From: Psammoneis japonica
Lineage: Eukaryota
Direction: 5' to 3'
DNA: 64,000 nucleotides
Assembly (NCBI GenBank): GCA_008632985.1
Contig: QPGO01000013.1
Span: 62,001 to 126,000, forward strand
Shown here: piece after piece, positions 11,260-23,211 of the stretch
How the letters are laid out: every line of letters begins with the position of its first letter
Numbering within the stretch: the first letter of the stretch is position 1
Notes under the pieces: model-generated
What the model was told of the DNA's origin: nothing
The model's database searches: none
The model's input: the letters and a program-made list of their open reading frames with translations, nothing else
Program-made: the position numbers and the translations under genes

Positions 11260-12417
11260 TCACGGTGAAACGATTTCGAAGGTGGATGCAGTCATTTTTT
11301 CTTTGACCTCAGGACATTCGTCTTCAACCTTTCCAGTAAGCTTACGGTTCATCCAGTTTTCGAAATCGGTGGTAAGCTTCCGAACATTGGAATCCGTAGC
11401 CCTCCTCCTGCCAGCATCACCATTATCATCTGTACAGAAAAGTCCGCACTCTGCAGCGACCTGTACAGAGGCTTCCCAATTTTGCCTCCTGGTCCTCTTT
11501 CTTCTCCTTCCTAGATTCCGCCCTCCTCCTTCAGCATGTGCTACAGCGGTCTCGAGGTTGACATCGTTGTCAACCAACTCCAAGCTGTCTATTGCGCTCT
11601 CACGCCTTCCTCGACCCCAATGTCCACCGAAAGAAAATCCGCTCCAGCCACCAAAGGTACTTGTGGCTTGGGTAGTAGTACTCTCCTCAGCAGCAGTAGT
11701 AGAAGTGGACGTCTCTTCTTCCGCAGCCGGTTCATTAGTCTCCTCGGCTTGGGCAACAGTACTCTCCTCCTCCTCAGCAGCAGCAGCAGCAGCAGTAGAA
11801 GCGGAAGTCTCTTCTTCAACAGCCGGTTCATTATTCGCCTCGGCTTGGCCCTCTGTGCCGGCAGTACCTGTAGAAGCTTCCTCTTGTACAGCAGGCTCGT
11901 TGTTCTCCGCAGCACTTTCTGCGGGAGCTTCGGGAGGAGCCTCTTCTTGAGGAGGGGGTGGATTACTAACGGTGCTGGTTGCTCCTCCGATACTAAAGCT
12001 AATGTCTTTAGTGAATCCATCTTTCCAGATGAAGAAGCTTCGATCTCCATTTTCATCCTCTGTTAGAATCACAACCCGGTCAGGGGCGGTGTAATTCGCA
12101 ACCTTCATGCGCCCCCCGTCTAATGTTCCCTTGTACTTTAGCTCTTGCTGTGCGTACTCCTCTGCCAGACCCCCAAGTTCATCGGCAATAACGGTTTCGA
12201 TGCACTGGATTGTACCTGTAGAGAGCTTCGGATCGGCGCCTTCGACTTCGGTCTCAATGTCATACTTGTAGTTTTCTGCTGCGAACTGAGGAGGTTGTTC
12301 CTGATGCTCGAGGATACGCTGAGATGAAGTGTCGCGAAGGTACGATGCATCTCCAAACTGAAGAGAGCAGCAAGCGGCAAAGCTCACAGCTAAAGTATTA
12401 TGAGCAGTGATCCACAT
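11260..12417 (-). CDS. Secreted protein with Glu/Ala/Thr-rich repeats (paralog B)
   Basis: Same conserved blocks as paralog A plus NNEPAVEEETS-type repeats. Likely start MWITAHN at 12417. Confidence 0.75.
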   Translation of the reverse strand: MWITAHNTLAVSFAACCSLQFGDASYLRDTSSQRILEHQEQPPQFAAENYKYDIETEVEGADPKLSTGTIQCIETVIADELGGLAEEYAQQELKYKGTLDGGRMKVANYTAPDRVVILTEDENGDRSFFIWKDGFTKDISFSIGGATSTVSNPPPPQEEAPPEAPAESAAENNEPAVQEEASTGTAGTEGQAEANNEPAVEEETSASTAAAAAAEEEESTVAQAEETNEPAAEEETSTSTTAAEESTTTQATSTFGGWSGFSFGGHWGRGRRESAIDSLELVDNDVNLETAVAHAEGGGRNLGRRRKRTRRQNWEASVQVAAECGLFCTDDNGDAGRRRATDSNVRKLTTDFENWMNRKLTGKVEDECPEVKEKMTASTFEIVSP

Positions 12418-12907
12418 GGCTGTTGCAAGGTTGTCGAAGGTACTTCGTAGTAAAATGACACACTTTTGGGAAGGTGTCGACGATTTGGTGCCAGTGATCC
12501 ATGCTTTGTTCGTGAAGAAGTGCTCGTCATACATAATGACCCGTGATTGGATGGGCATAATACGAAACTTTTGATTAGTGACACAAAAAACCGCATCATT
12601 CATTTTGTGAATTCGACGTCGACGAATACGAAATAGTCATTTTCTCTCAGCACCGTGGTCATAGTGCTTGGTATGGAATTTATGCCAGAGCCATATGACA
12701 ATACAAACTTAATCGTGGGGCATAATGCTAAAAATTGAACATTCTTCCTCTGATATTTTACCGTAGGTCGTAGAAATGTCCTCCGAGGACATTGTGTCCA
12801 GAAAGTCGATCGAATGAATCAAGAACTCGCGCGCCAAAAGACATCGCGCGAAAACACCGATAACTCGCAACGCAGGTCTATTACAGTACCATTGCTACAT
12901 ACGCGTG

Positions 12908-13138
12908 CTACCCCGCAAAAGAACTCCGGAAAACCAAATTTACGTAGAAGCAGTACCAGAGCCCCTGTAGAATTGCCAAAAAAGTCCGGAATATCCAGAA
13001 ACTGCGTAGAATCCAGTGTAGAATCAGTACCAGGGATGTCAAAAAATCACGAAATTCCGGACTTATTTGGTGTTTCTACTGGGGACCTGGTACTGCTTCT
13101 ACGTAAATTTGTTATTCCGGAGTTCTTTTGCGGGGTAG
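12908..13138. mobile_element. MITE / foldback element (~230 bp) with ~85-bp imperfect TIRs
   Basis: CTACCCCGCAAAAGAACTCCGGAA.A.CAAATTTACGTAGAAGCAGTACCAG... starts at 12908 and its reverse complement ends at 13138. Flanked by CGTG at 12904-12907 and 13139-13142 (alternatively a TA TSD with ends 12911/13135). Confidence 0.85.
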
Positions 13139-13215
13139 CGTGGGCTGGTACGTAACGTACCTTACGCACCCGACGACACACGGCATCGCAAACATTCGTA
13201 ATAACGAGTTCAACC

Positions 13216-14170
13216 ATGACGGGTATGATGACAGCTCCCAAATCGCAACGGCGTGCCAACGCCAAGGCGACGCATTCTCGGTCTTATCCTCGTGGTGTGG
13301 GACTCGATTTTCGAAAGCTGGCTGGACTGACGCTCCTGTCGTACATTGATCACCACGGTACGTACCGCTTTGCGTGCTGTGTTCTTTGTACTTTTGAAGG
13401 GAATTGGAAGCAGCAGCGCTTGTCGTTTCACCGTAAGGAAGACCTGTTCTCACCATATTATCTCTACTTATGACTTAATCAGGTGTCAGTGTCCGCTCTG
13501 AAGCTCCTCCGTCGGAATTAGCCGTCGCTGTTGCTCGTCACTTTGAAAGCATGGAGGTTGATGAAGAGAGCTGTATCGGAGGTTTCTTGCTTCGTCTTCA
13601 GAACGGCACTTCTGAACCGACGGAATACACTCGCGACACGGCTACCTTTGATGGAAGGGCACCAGCGAGTGTCACGAGGAAGCGCCGTCGCAGCAAATGG
13701 GCCGCCCGTCCTGGAGAGCAAGTCGCTGCCAAGGTGACGCGGACGGACGAGAATGGTTCGTGGATTCTCGCCAGTGTGCACGCTTTTACGCCGACACGGA
13801 AACGTATGATGTCCAGGATGAGGATGATACGTCCAAGTTGATTCGATTGCCATGGTCCCATGTGATGCGTCTTTCTACCGGGGCGGAGGGATGCTTCCAT
13901 AAGGGAACGGATTGCATGGCGATCTTTCCCGAGACGACTAGCTTTTATCGCGCTACCGTGTCCAAGAGCCCCGTGTGGAAGCTAAGCCCCAGTAGCAGCA
14001 CACCCATTGTCAAAGAAGTCATTGTCAAGTTTGAGGATGATGAGGACGACCAGGGACGTACTCCGCATCGTCGTGTCCCGTCTCGCTATGTCATTCCTAT
14101 CCCGGCCAACTACTTTTACGAGGAATCGGATGACGTGGATATCACGCCTCGTCCTACTGCGAGCAAGTAA
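13216..14170 (+). CDS. SAP30 Sin3-binding-like domain plus SGF29-type tandem Tudor protein (intron ~13357-13482; apparent 1-nt deletion near 13780)
   Basis: N-terminal part LDFRKL...TLLSYIDHH|GVSVR...ELAVAVARHF..MEVDEE..I..FL. C-terminal part GEQVAAKV....NGSWILASV, YDVQDEDD, MAIFPETTSFYRATV, VKFEDDED, V..RYV. Confidence 0.7.
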
Positions 14171-14238
14171 GAAAGATGAAATGGGCACGACAGAAGGAGA
14201 TATGTTAACGTAATACACTGTGAACTTATGCTGAATTA

Positions 14239-15675
14239 TTAATCGAGATCCATCACCTCTTCGTCATCTTCATCGCTTTCATCATGCTCCACAATTTCTT
14301 CATATCCCTCCTCAAATATCTCTTCCCCGACAACCGGATCACCCTCGGGCGGCGCATCTTCCGGCGCAATGTTCCACTTTGCAGCCTCTTCTTCCATGCG
14401 TATACGCCTCTTGCGTTCCATTTCTGCAATTTCTTCCGGTGTTTTCTCTCGGACATTGTGCTTTGCTCGGTGTTCTTGACGCCTGCGCTCTCGTTCTGCT
14501 TTGCGTCCCTCGCGACTGCCGTCATTTTCGGTAAATTGTGAAAAGAATCCCTCGCTGGATTCTTGATCCTGCTTGCTGGAAGCGCGTGCTTGCTGTTCTT
14601 TTCGACGTTGACGCTTGGCGCGTTCCTCTTCTTCCAGCTTTTTGGTTCGTGTCTTTAGAACGGGCAAGGACGCAATCTTGATCGGAGTGACCTTTCCCGA
14701 TACCACATCTGCCACCAAGTTGTTCATGCTGGAGAAACTCACGCTCTTTTCCAAGGGCGCCACTGTGGTTTTCAAACGATCATTCGAGTCTCCTCCGCCA
14801 CTCGCCTTTTTGAATACGGCAAACCGATGCTGACCAGCCTGATACTCTGGCAAATGTTCTTCCAAATTCCGAACAAACAAGACAGACGTATCTACAGATG
14901 CAAACTCAACCTTGGGGTGCTGTTTTAGCAAATTGGCGACAGCGTCTTTTACATAGGGCTGCACCTGCTTGCTCCCTTTGAGAAGCAATCCACAAATATC
15001 CTTATCCAAGCACTTGGATCTCAATCCTGTGTTGTTTCAATTTTGCCGCACGAGGCTCCAACATGTTCTTCAAGAGCTTCACCAGCATAGATCCGGTCTT
15101 TAAATGCTTTGTCGGCACCTGTTTGGGTGGTCCTACCGTACCCGATACAAAAATTGTTGGTCGCTTTTTGAAATCCATTTGAATCGCTCGGCAATTGTCT
15201 TTCCGCTTTCCAACGTTTTGGTGCAGTCCATTAAGCGAAACTCCGCAGGTGACGTGTTGTCATTGTGTGCATCCTGAAACACGGAACTAATGGGCAAGGT
15301 AGACTCATCCTCGTGACACAAGACCGCGTACGATTTGCCCGTACCACCCTCGCCAAAGAACACTTCGCGGAGTGCGAGTTGATCAGTTACGTCAACGCGA
15401 GAAATCTTTAAGAAAAGAAAAGCAGTCATAACATGAGGAACACGATCAAGAGCACGTGAATCGACGTTCACCCGCAGCTTCACGAAAAATTATAGTGCTT
15501 CAACTTGCAAAGTGCTTTTTTCAAATTTTTTTCGAAACATCGTTTCTCACCTCTGAATCAAGACCCTTCATGAACTGATAGGCCAAAAGAGCTATTCCAA
15601 CAACAATTGCAGGCTTCATTAGCCTATCGACAGGCGGTGCCCTTGCCGTTTTACGTTTTGGAATCGGCGCCATGG
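14239..15675 (-). CDS. Conserved hypothetical (probably secreted/ER) protein; spliced, with two apparent 1-nt deletions
   Basis: Start MAPIPKRK at ~15673. ORF pieces ISRVDVTDQLALREVFFG..., ERFK/LDFKKRPTIFVSG, KIETTQD/LRSKCLDKDICGLLLKG, and a charged C-terminus ending MDLD*. Confidence 0.55.
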
Positions 15676-15930
15676 TGAAGCTATCAACAACGAAACAATC
15701 AGAAGATCAACAACAGAGTAGGGCCCTAGCAGGTGCGATGTGCGATGTGAGGCAATCGTTTCAGCCGCACATGACCACACGTAGAATCCACGTAGAACTT
15801 GTATGGCGCTTCTCAATCGTCAGAAAAAGAGGGACCAGACGGCTGATGGCCAGACAAACATTACCATCACTCATCATCACATTTTTTCGATTTTCTTTTT
15901 TTTTCCCTCCGACCTCTCGTTTCTCAGAAC

Positions 15931-18458
15931 ATGTTCAAAATGAACCTCCTGTCAGCGCTGCCGCTGGGAGTTTTCCTGTATTTGAGTGGTTTCGTTTCTG
16001 CATTTGTCTCCACACCGTGTTTTCTCGGTTTCTGTAGTAGTTCTCATGAACGTCGTCAATCGACGTTTCTCTTGTCACATAACGACGAATTCGCCTTGAT
16101 GCGAGGTGATGCTCGTGGTGCTGCTCTATTGTTGCAAGATGTGTCTATATCACGAGGACCCGCTCAAATATTACAAAATGTAGATTGGAGGGTCGAGCCC
16201 ACAGCAAAATGGGGATTGGTTGGACCGAATGGTATGTAGGCCCTACTGTAAGTGTATGAAAATTCGCAAATTCTGCTCAGAATCATTAACCAGCGTTGTT
16301 GCCCGCTGTTTGACAGGTGCTGGGAAATCAACTTTGCTCAAGGCTATAATGGGTGAGCTGCTTTTGGATGACGGAAATGTGGTGGTTGGCACAACTCAAG
16401 AGGTGGGATACCTGCAACAAACTGCAGTGAGCGGATCAAACAAAACGATTTATGATGAAGCAGCGTCGGCCATGGCTGACATTGAACAGGCGCGCAGCAG
16501 ACTGGAAGAGGCGCAATATAGAGTCTCCGAGTCGCCATCACCGTCAGAGCAAGATCTCATGGCACTTGATCGTGCCACACAACAATATGAGGCTGTTGGA
16601 GGATACACTCAAGAACAAGAAGTATCCACCGTGCTGAAAGGACTGGGGTTTCATGATTTGTCCATAACCTGTGATCAACTTAGTGGAGGATGGCAGATGC
16701 GTGTGAGTTTGGCAAAACTCTTGCTAAGCAAACCATCACTTCTCCTTCTAGATGAACCATCGAATCACCTGGACGTGAACGCGCGACAGTGGCTGGGAAA
16801 CTATTTGAAAAGCTATGAAAGCGGTGCCATGATTTTAGTCACTCACGATGTTCAGCTGCTCAACTCGGTATCACACATTGCCGAAGTCAGTGGAGGAACC
16901 CTCTCGCAGTACAAGTCATGCACGTGGTCACAATATCAACAGGAAAAAGAACAACGAGCTGCGGCAATGGAAGCCGAATACGAACGCAACGCTCAAAAGG
17001 CTGCAAAGCTCCAAGCCTTTGTGGATCGATTCGGTGCAAGCGCAACCAAGGCATCCGCAGCGCAATCACGTGTCAAGCAACTCGAAAAAATGGAAAGAGA
17101 AGGTTTGTTAAATGATGTCTCACGAGAAACGACGTTTCGACCGAGTCTTGTGTTGCCTGACCCGCCACGATCTATTGGAGAAAGTCTATTGTTGCTTGAG
17201 AATGCTCAGGTTGGATATGAGAAGGACGCCCCACTCGTGAGCAATGTTTGTCTTGATATTCAACGAGGGATGAAGCTGTTGTTAAGAGGGCCCAATGGAG
17301 GTACGTGAGATAGGTGTGGCAGATTTCTTTCGTGGTTCTATAGAAAAGGCATGATTTCTAACGGACCAGAAACTTCTGTTTCTGTCGTATGCACGTACTT
17401 TCAGCCGGCAAAAGCACAATACTCCATTCTCTTCGAGGGACGCTTCCCCTTCTAGCTGGGGACCGCAAAGAGAATGAGGGCTTAAGGTAAGATTCCTTAT
17501 ATCCTTGTCATCACAAACGACTCAAAAGCAGCACAACTTATGTTTTTCTTGGGATCTATTCGCTATCTTCGGTCAGACTGGGTGTCTTCACGCAAGATCT
17601 TGCACAGGAACTGGATGGGGAGGCAAGAGCCGTTGACCTGGTGACTGCATATGGACGTGAAGGGCCACAGGGCGATGTTTTGCTGTCTGACGAAAAAGCT
17701 AGATCGGTGATGGGGCGTTTGGGTTTGGGCGACGAGAAACCGCTGCGAAAGATCCAAGACTTGAGTGGAGGAGAGAAGGCGCGTGTGGCTCTTGCCATGT
17801 TTGCTGTAAAGGCAAGCAACCTATATTTGCTAGACGAGCCTTCGAATCACTTGGATATCGAATGGTAAGTCAAGAACAGTTTTCTGGTTGATGGCGGTCT
17901 CGATTCAACAAACGGTGGGATGCTTTCTCACAGAACATGGGACTTCTTGTTTCTTCCCATAGCGTTGCCGCTCTTAGTCAAGCTCTGAGTGATTGGGGCC
18001 AAGAGGATGGTGCCGTGGTTGTAGTTTCTCACGACAAAACGTTTTGCCAAGACATTGGGTTTACACATGTCGGTACCGTCGAGGACGGTTCGTTGGTAGT
18101 CGAACAGCGCAGCGCAACCGAACGAGATTGGATCATGTTTGAGGGAGACAATGGGATCGGAGGCGTCGAAGACAAAAGCATCAATGAACCATCAAAGAAT
18201 ACAAGTAGAGGAAAGGAAATGGACGCACAGCAACGGAAAAAGGCGTACAATGCTCCAAAACGAATTGCCAAGCTCGAAAAAATGATTGAAGACGCAGAAG
18301 CAACAATCGCGCAACTGGATGCCGACATGCTTGCAAATGGAAGTGATGTTGAAAAGCTAATGGATCTCACAGCTCAAAAAGAAAAACAAGAGGAGAAAGT
18401 AATGGAGTTCATGGAGGAATGGGAAGAATTAGAGGAGCTCTTGGCCCAAGCAGCATAA
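15931..18458 (+). CDS. ABC-F family ATPase, probably plastid-targeted; 5 exons
   Basis: Signal peptide plus SAF motif. Two NBDs (GPNG|AGKST, LSGGWQMR, LLLDEPSNHLD; GPNG|AGKST, LSGGEKAR, LLDEPSNHLD), no TM domain, C-terminal coiled coil. Introns ~16232-16316, ~17301-17405, ~17487-17576, ~17865-17962. Confidence 0.9.
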
Positions 18459-18484
18459 AAGCTAAGTCTCAAAATCTGTTTCTA

Positions 18485-19080
18485 CTAGTGTGGTTTCGGT
18501 ACGTGTCCATCGACATAAAAGTTTCGAGTAGCCTTAGGCATTTCAACGACCTAAGTTTAGAGGGAAGGTCGATAGGAGAAGCAAATGAGGCAGTGCTGAG
18601 ACGAGCATAATTAAAGTATCCAAAAAATGTGACCAGTTGACGCACCATTCCTTCCATATCTTCTGTAACTGTTACCTGGCATCCCAATCGACTAGTGTCA
18701 GTCAAGCCAAACGCCATATCAAGCATGTCTTCTTCGTCCTCTGACGCTTCTGGCAAAGTATCAAAGATTTCATCGCTAAAGATCAAGTGGCAGGTCGAAC
18801 AAGCACAAACACCTTCGCACGCTCCTTCAAGGTCGAGATCGTGCCGATGAGCAACCTCCAGAAAAGATTCTCCAATTCTCGCGTCGACTGTTTTCATCGT
18901 TTTGCCATCTGGCAATAAAAAGGTAACATTGACCGCAGGAGCATCAGCAGCTACACTCGAGCCACCATGCCATCGGATAGAAATATCCCCCACGCGTGCT
19001 TGTACGGCGGATATGGACGTCGCCTTGAATCTTTGTGCGAGAATTTGTTTTGCAGCAGATCGCGGCGTAATTTGCCACAT
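18485..19080 (-). CDS. Mitochondrial adrenodoxin-type [2Fe-2S] ferredoxin; intron near the 3' end
   Basis: EGACEGVCACSTCH, EEDMLDMAFGLTDTSRLGCQ, last exon VVEMPKATRNFYVDGHVPKPH*. Confidence 0.92.
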
Positions 19081-19710
19081 GTTTTTTATTGATGTTGGTA
19101 GACTTAGCACAGTCAAAAAGTGATCCCTCCCTTCACGACAACTCAATCGCTTACAACACTTTGACAGTCTCTACTATGTCGTACGGTGCGGGTATGAATG
19201 AAGAATGAACCACCAGCGGAAACAATACTGTAAAACCATCGTCCTCTGATTTTTTTCCATCCAGCTCACACCCGCCCGCTCGAATGTGTTCGGACTGACG
19301 TCATTTTGGCGGGAAAGCAACTGATCTGTCTTATTGCCTCTTTAGATAAAATTTTGTCAAAATGTCCGAATTATTTTATACAAATATAACAATAAGAAAT
19401 AGGAAATTATTTAACGGATGTAGTCCACGTCACCCTAATTGACATTCTTATTTATCCTGCGTTTCGAGCGCCCGCCTAGTCTAGACTATCGATCATCGCA
19501 TCACACACCCACCAAGCCCACCAGGCAGGATTCTCAACTCATTCATCCAACCTTCAACCGTTCCTGCACAGAACCGCATTGCGTCGCTCGAGCTTCGCTG
19601 CTTACACTATTGTCGTCAAACGAATGAAACCCTATGCAGTGAAATTTCACGCGTTTCCTACTTTAAAATCAACAATTGGCACGTCGCCGCTATAGTGCGA
19701 AAATACCATC

Positions 19711-22700
19711 ATGTCTCGTAGGTTCTCTACCCTCCACGATTGTCAGAAACTTGCTGCAGAAATCAACCCAATCTCGTGTTCGGTAAGGCGTGCAAGTTCG
19801 ATGGGCGAGATAAACTTGGACCAATTGAGCTTTGGCAGTCTTCCACTTTATGGTCGTGACAAAGAGCTATCAACACTGCTCGAGGCTTACGAAAACGTGG
19901 TCTCTCGGGGAAAGACCAACATTGTGTTCTTATCGGGATACACCGGGGTGAGTGAGCGTTGGGCGGGGATCACAAAGAGTTGAAATCGTCCTTTGAGGGT
20001 CGTGAAAGGATCACATCTCTGACTAAGCCTTGTTTCAATGTTGTTTTCAGGTTGGAAAGTCTGCTATTGTGAAACAGTTTCAAACCAGCATAGACCGCAT
20101 GGACATTAGCAGAGAAAAACAAAGTCTTTGTGCCTCTGGAAAATTCGACCTTCATGCTCGTGTCGAGCCCTACACAGCGTTCGTTTCGGCGTTCACTGAA
20201 CTGTGTTATGAAATTCTCTCTTTGAAAAGAAGTCATCAAGAAAGGTTCCAGCGAATAAAACAATGTATTGAAGAGTATGTTGGTTTGGAGGTATGTGTGG
20301 ATGGAACCTCGTCAATGGTTGTCGAAAGACGCCCTACATAAAAATTGCTCGTTCCCTTTTGTGTAACCTGCAGGCTCCTCTTCTGTCGGACCTCATTCCC
20401 AATTTGCACGAGATTTTGGAGATACCCCAATCCACTGTCAACTTCAATGATAGTGAAGAGTTCGGTTCCAGTCGAGGGAAAAACAGGTTCAACTTTATCC
20501 TTCGCCAGTTCGTGCGCGCAGTCTGTGAATTTTGCCCAGTGGTGTTGTTCCTGGACGATTTACAGTGGGCGGACGCGGCTTCAGTGGAGCTGCTGGAGCT
20601 ATTTCTGACCGATTCTGAGTTGAACAACTTGCTTGTTTTGGGGTGCTACAGGTCAAATGAAGTAACAGAGGCTCACACAGTGAGTGCGATGATTCGAGAT
20701 TTAGACAAATACAATAGTAACGCAAAAGAAGAATCAAAGATTCAGGTGACGTCAATTGAAGTATCGGCTTTGGATGTTGACGCGATACACGGTCTCGTAA
20801 CCGATGTCTTGCGATCCGATGCAACAAAGACGTTCAATCTCTCAGTCATTGTCTACGAGAAGACACTTGGAAACGTATTCTTTGCTGTGCAATTTCTCAA
20901 GATGCTCAAAGACGAGGAGCTGCTGACATTTAATCTTGGTACGCTTCGCTGGTCATGGGATGACGAAGACATCCGTGCTAGCACCACTGTTACTGAGAAT
21001 GTGGCTGACATTGTCCGAAACAAAATAACGCGCCTTCCTCCCAAGGTCACGCACGTTCTGCAACTGGCGTCATGTCTGGGATCGACGTTTGCGGGGTCTA
21101 CGATTGAAGTAGTGTCCAATGCTGTGTTGGAGTCTGGCGGTTGGAAATATAGCGATATGAGGGGAGACGCGTCTTCTTCTCATAGTGTCAGTAAATTGGA
21201 CTACACTTTGAAAGAATGCTTACGTGTTAGCGTCGACGAGGGCCTTCTGGAGGACTGCGTGGATCCGAACGAAAATGATGATGTGTACAGATTTGTACAC
21301 GATCAGATACAAGCTGCGGCGTATGCGTTAATTCCTGAAGCTGAACGGGAGCTTCTCCAGGTGCGTATAGGAGAAGCGCTGGTTAACAACCAGGCTGAAG
21401 ACGAGGTGGACAAGGTTTTGTTTGTTGCTATCGACATGCTGAACAACGGCAGCTCACTCATCACTTCTAAAGAGAAGCAAATCTCTCTCGCAAGGCTTAA
21501 CTTGAGGGCCGGGAGACGCGCAATGGAATCATCAGCTTTCGTGTCAGCGTCTACATATCTTAAGAAAGGCATAGATCTGTTGGGAACAGATAACTGGGAG
21601 ACACACTACCAATTGAGCCTCGATTTATTCAATTTGATAATCAAAGCCGACTATTGTATTGGGAAATTCGATGAAGTCTATGGATATGTCGACGATGTTT
21701 TGAAGCAGAAGGACAGGCCTATCAGTGAGAAGGTTGACGTCTACTCAACTTTCGTGGAGTCTCTTGGAGCTCAGGGAAGAATACAAGATGCCATCAAGAC
21801 ATCTCTCAAGGTGCTGGCACAGCTGGGAGCCCATTTCAATCTCAAACTGGCAACGGTTTCTACTGTGTCAGAGCTGATTAAAACAAAGCGCCTTTTGAAA
21901 GGCCTCCCGTTACTTACTTTGTCAGACCTGCCAGTGATGAAAGACAAGTGCAGGATAAAGGCGATGCGAATCATGAACAGGTGCTGCACCTATGCCTACG
22001 CTGCGAAACCAGAGCTTTTGCCATTGTTGATATTCAAAATGATGCAATGGTCGATGCAGTATGGAGTTTGTCGATATTCAACGACCGCCTTTGCTCTATA
22101 CGGTCTCCCACTTGTGTCTCTCTTTGGAGATCAGAAGGCTGCACACGAAATCGGAAAAGTAGCTTTAACTCTCTCGGATAAGCTTGAAGCGAGGGAAACG
22201 CGCTCGGCAACGCTTGCTTATGTCAATGCATGTTTAAACCACTGGGTTGCACCTCTTCACGACAGCAGGAACCAGTTTCTCAGCGGCTATCAAGTGGGTT
22301 TACACACCGGCGACATTGAAAATGCGATGCTTTGCGCAATGAATTATTGTCATGCATGCTTTGAAACGGGAAAGCCACTCACAGAAGTCGAAGCGGATCT
22401 TCGAGCTTTCACAAAACAAATGGAGGAATTCAACCAGACCCTAATTCTAAACGTGGCACTTGTCATATGGCAAGCCGTGCTAAATCTTCTTGGCAAGTCA
22501 GATGATCCGACTGTGTTAACCGGCGAAGCAATGAATCAAGAGGAATTATTGAGACACTGTGCTACTACAGGAAATGTCCAGCTAAGAGATGGTATAAGAG
22601 CCGTCCAGATTGAATTAGTCTATATGTTTGGGGACTACGAGCGGGCGGCGAAGATAGCTCTCGATCTACGAAAGCTGGCAACGACGAACCCAGCTACCTA

Positions 22701-23211
22701 TATGCTTTGGAGATTTGCTTTGTTTGAAGGTCTATCTTACTTCGCCATGGCACGGAAGAAGAGGTTCAAACCAAAGTGGAGAAAACGAGCCTCTAATGCC
22801 ATGAAGAAAGTTAGAAACTGGGTTTCAAAAGGAAACGCAAACTGTGTTCATATCTATCAGCTGCTTGAGGCAGAGTCGTTTGCTCTAGCGGGCAAAACTG
22901 AGAAAGCAAAGAAGGATTACGATCTTGCAATTGCTTCTGCAGCTCGTAATGGCTTTCCGCGGGATAGAGCATTAGCCAATGAACGCGCTGGCGAGATGTT
23001 TTTTGAGACAGGAGACAAACTGTTGGCCGCAGACTACCTACAGTCAGCTCATCGGCTTTACATGGATTGGGAAGCTCGTGAAAAGGCCCAGTACCTCTGC
23101 CGCTTGTATCCTTCCTTGATTAGCGAGGACATGGGGCAATCACTGGGCTCAAGGAGCATGGTTCACATCCCATCGTCTGAAGTGGCAAACCCTGTTGTCA
23201 ACCCTTTGTAG
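19711..23211 (+). CDS. P-loop AAA (AAA_16/STAND-like) ATPase with long helical/TPR region; 3 exons
   Basis: LYGRDKE, Walker A SGYTG|VGKS across intron 19948-20050, GKFD, LFLDDLQWAD, GCYRSNEV, KTLGNVFF, YRFVHDQIQAAAY, ALANERAG. Confidence 0.85.

Noticed and set aside
19296..19316. TGACGTCA next to E2F-like TTGGCGGGAAA (similar pair at ~2645-2675)
   Set aside because: Short motifs with only two instances and no supporting gene function; cannot be separated from chance.
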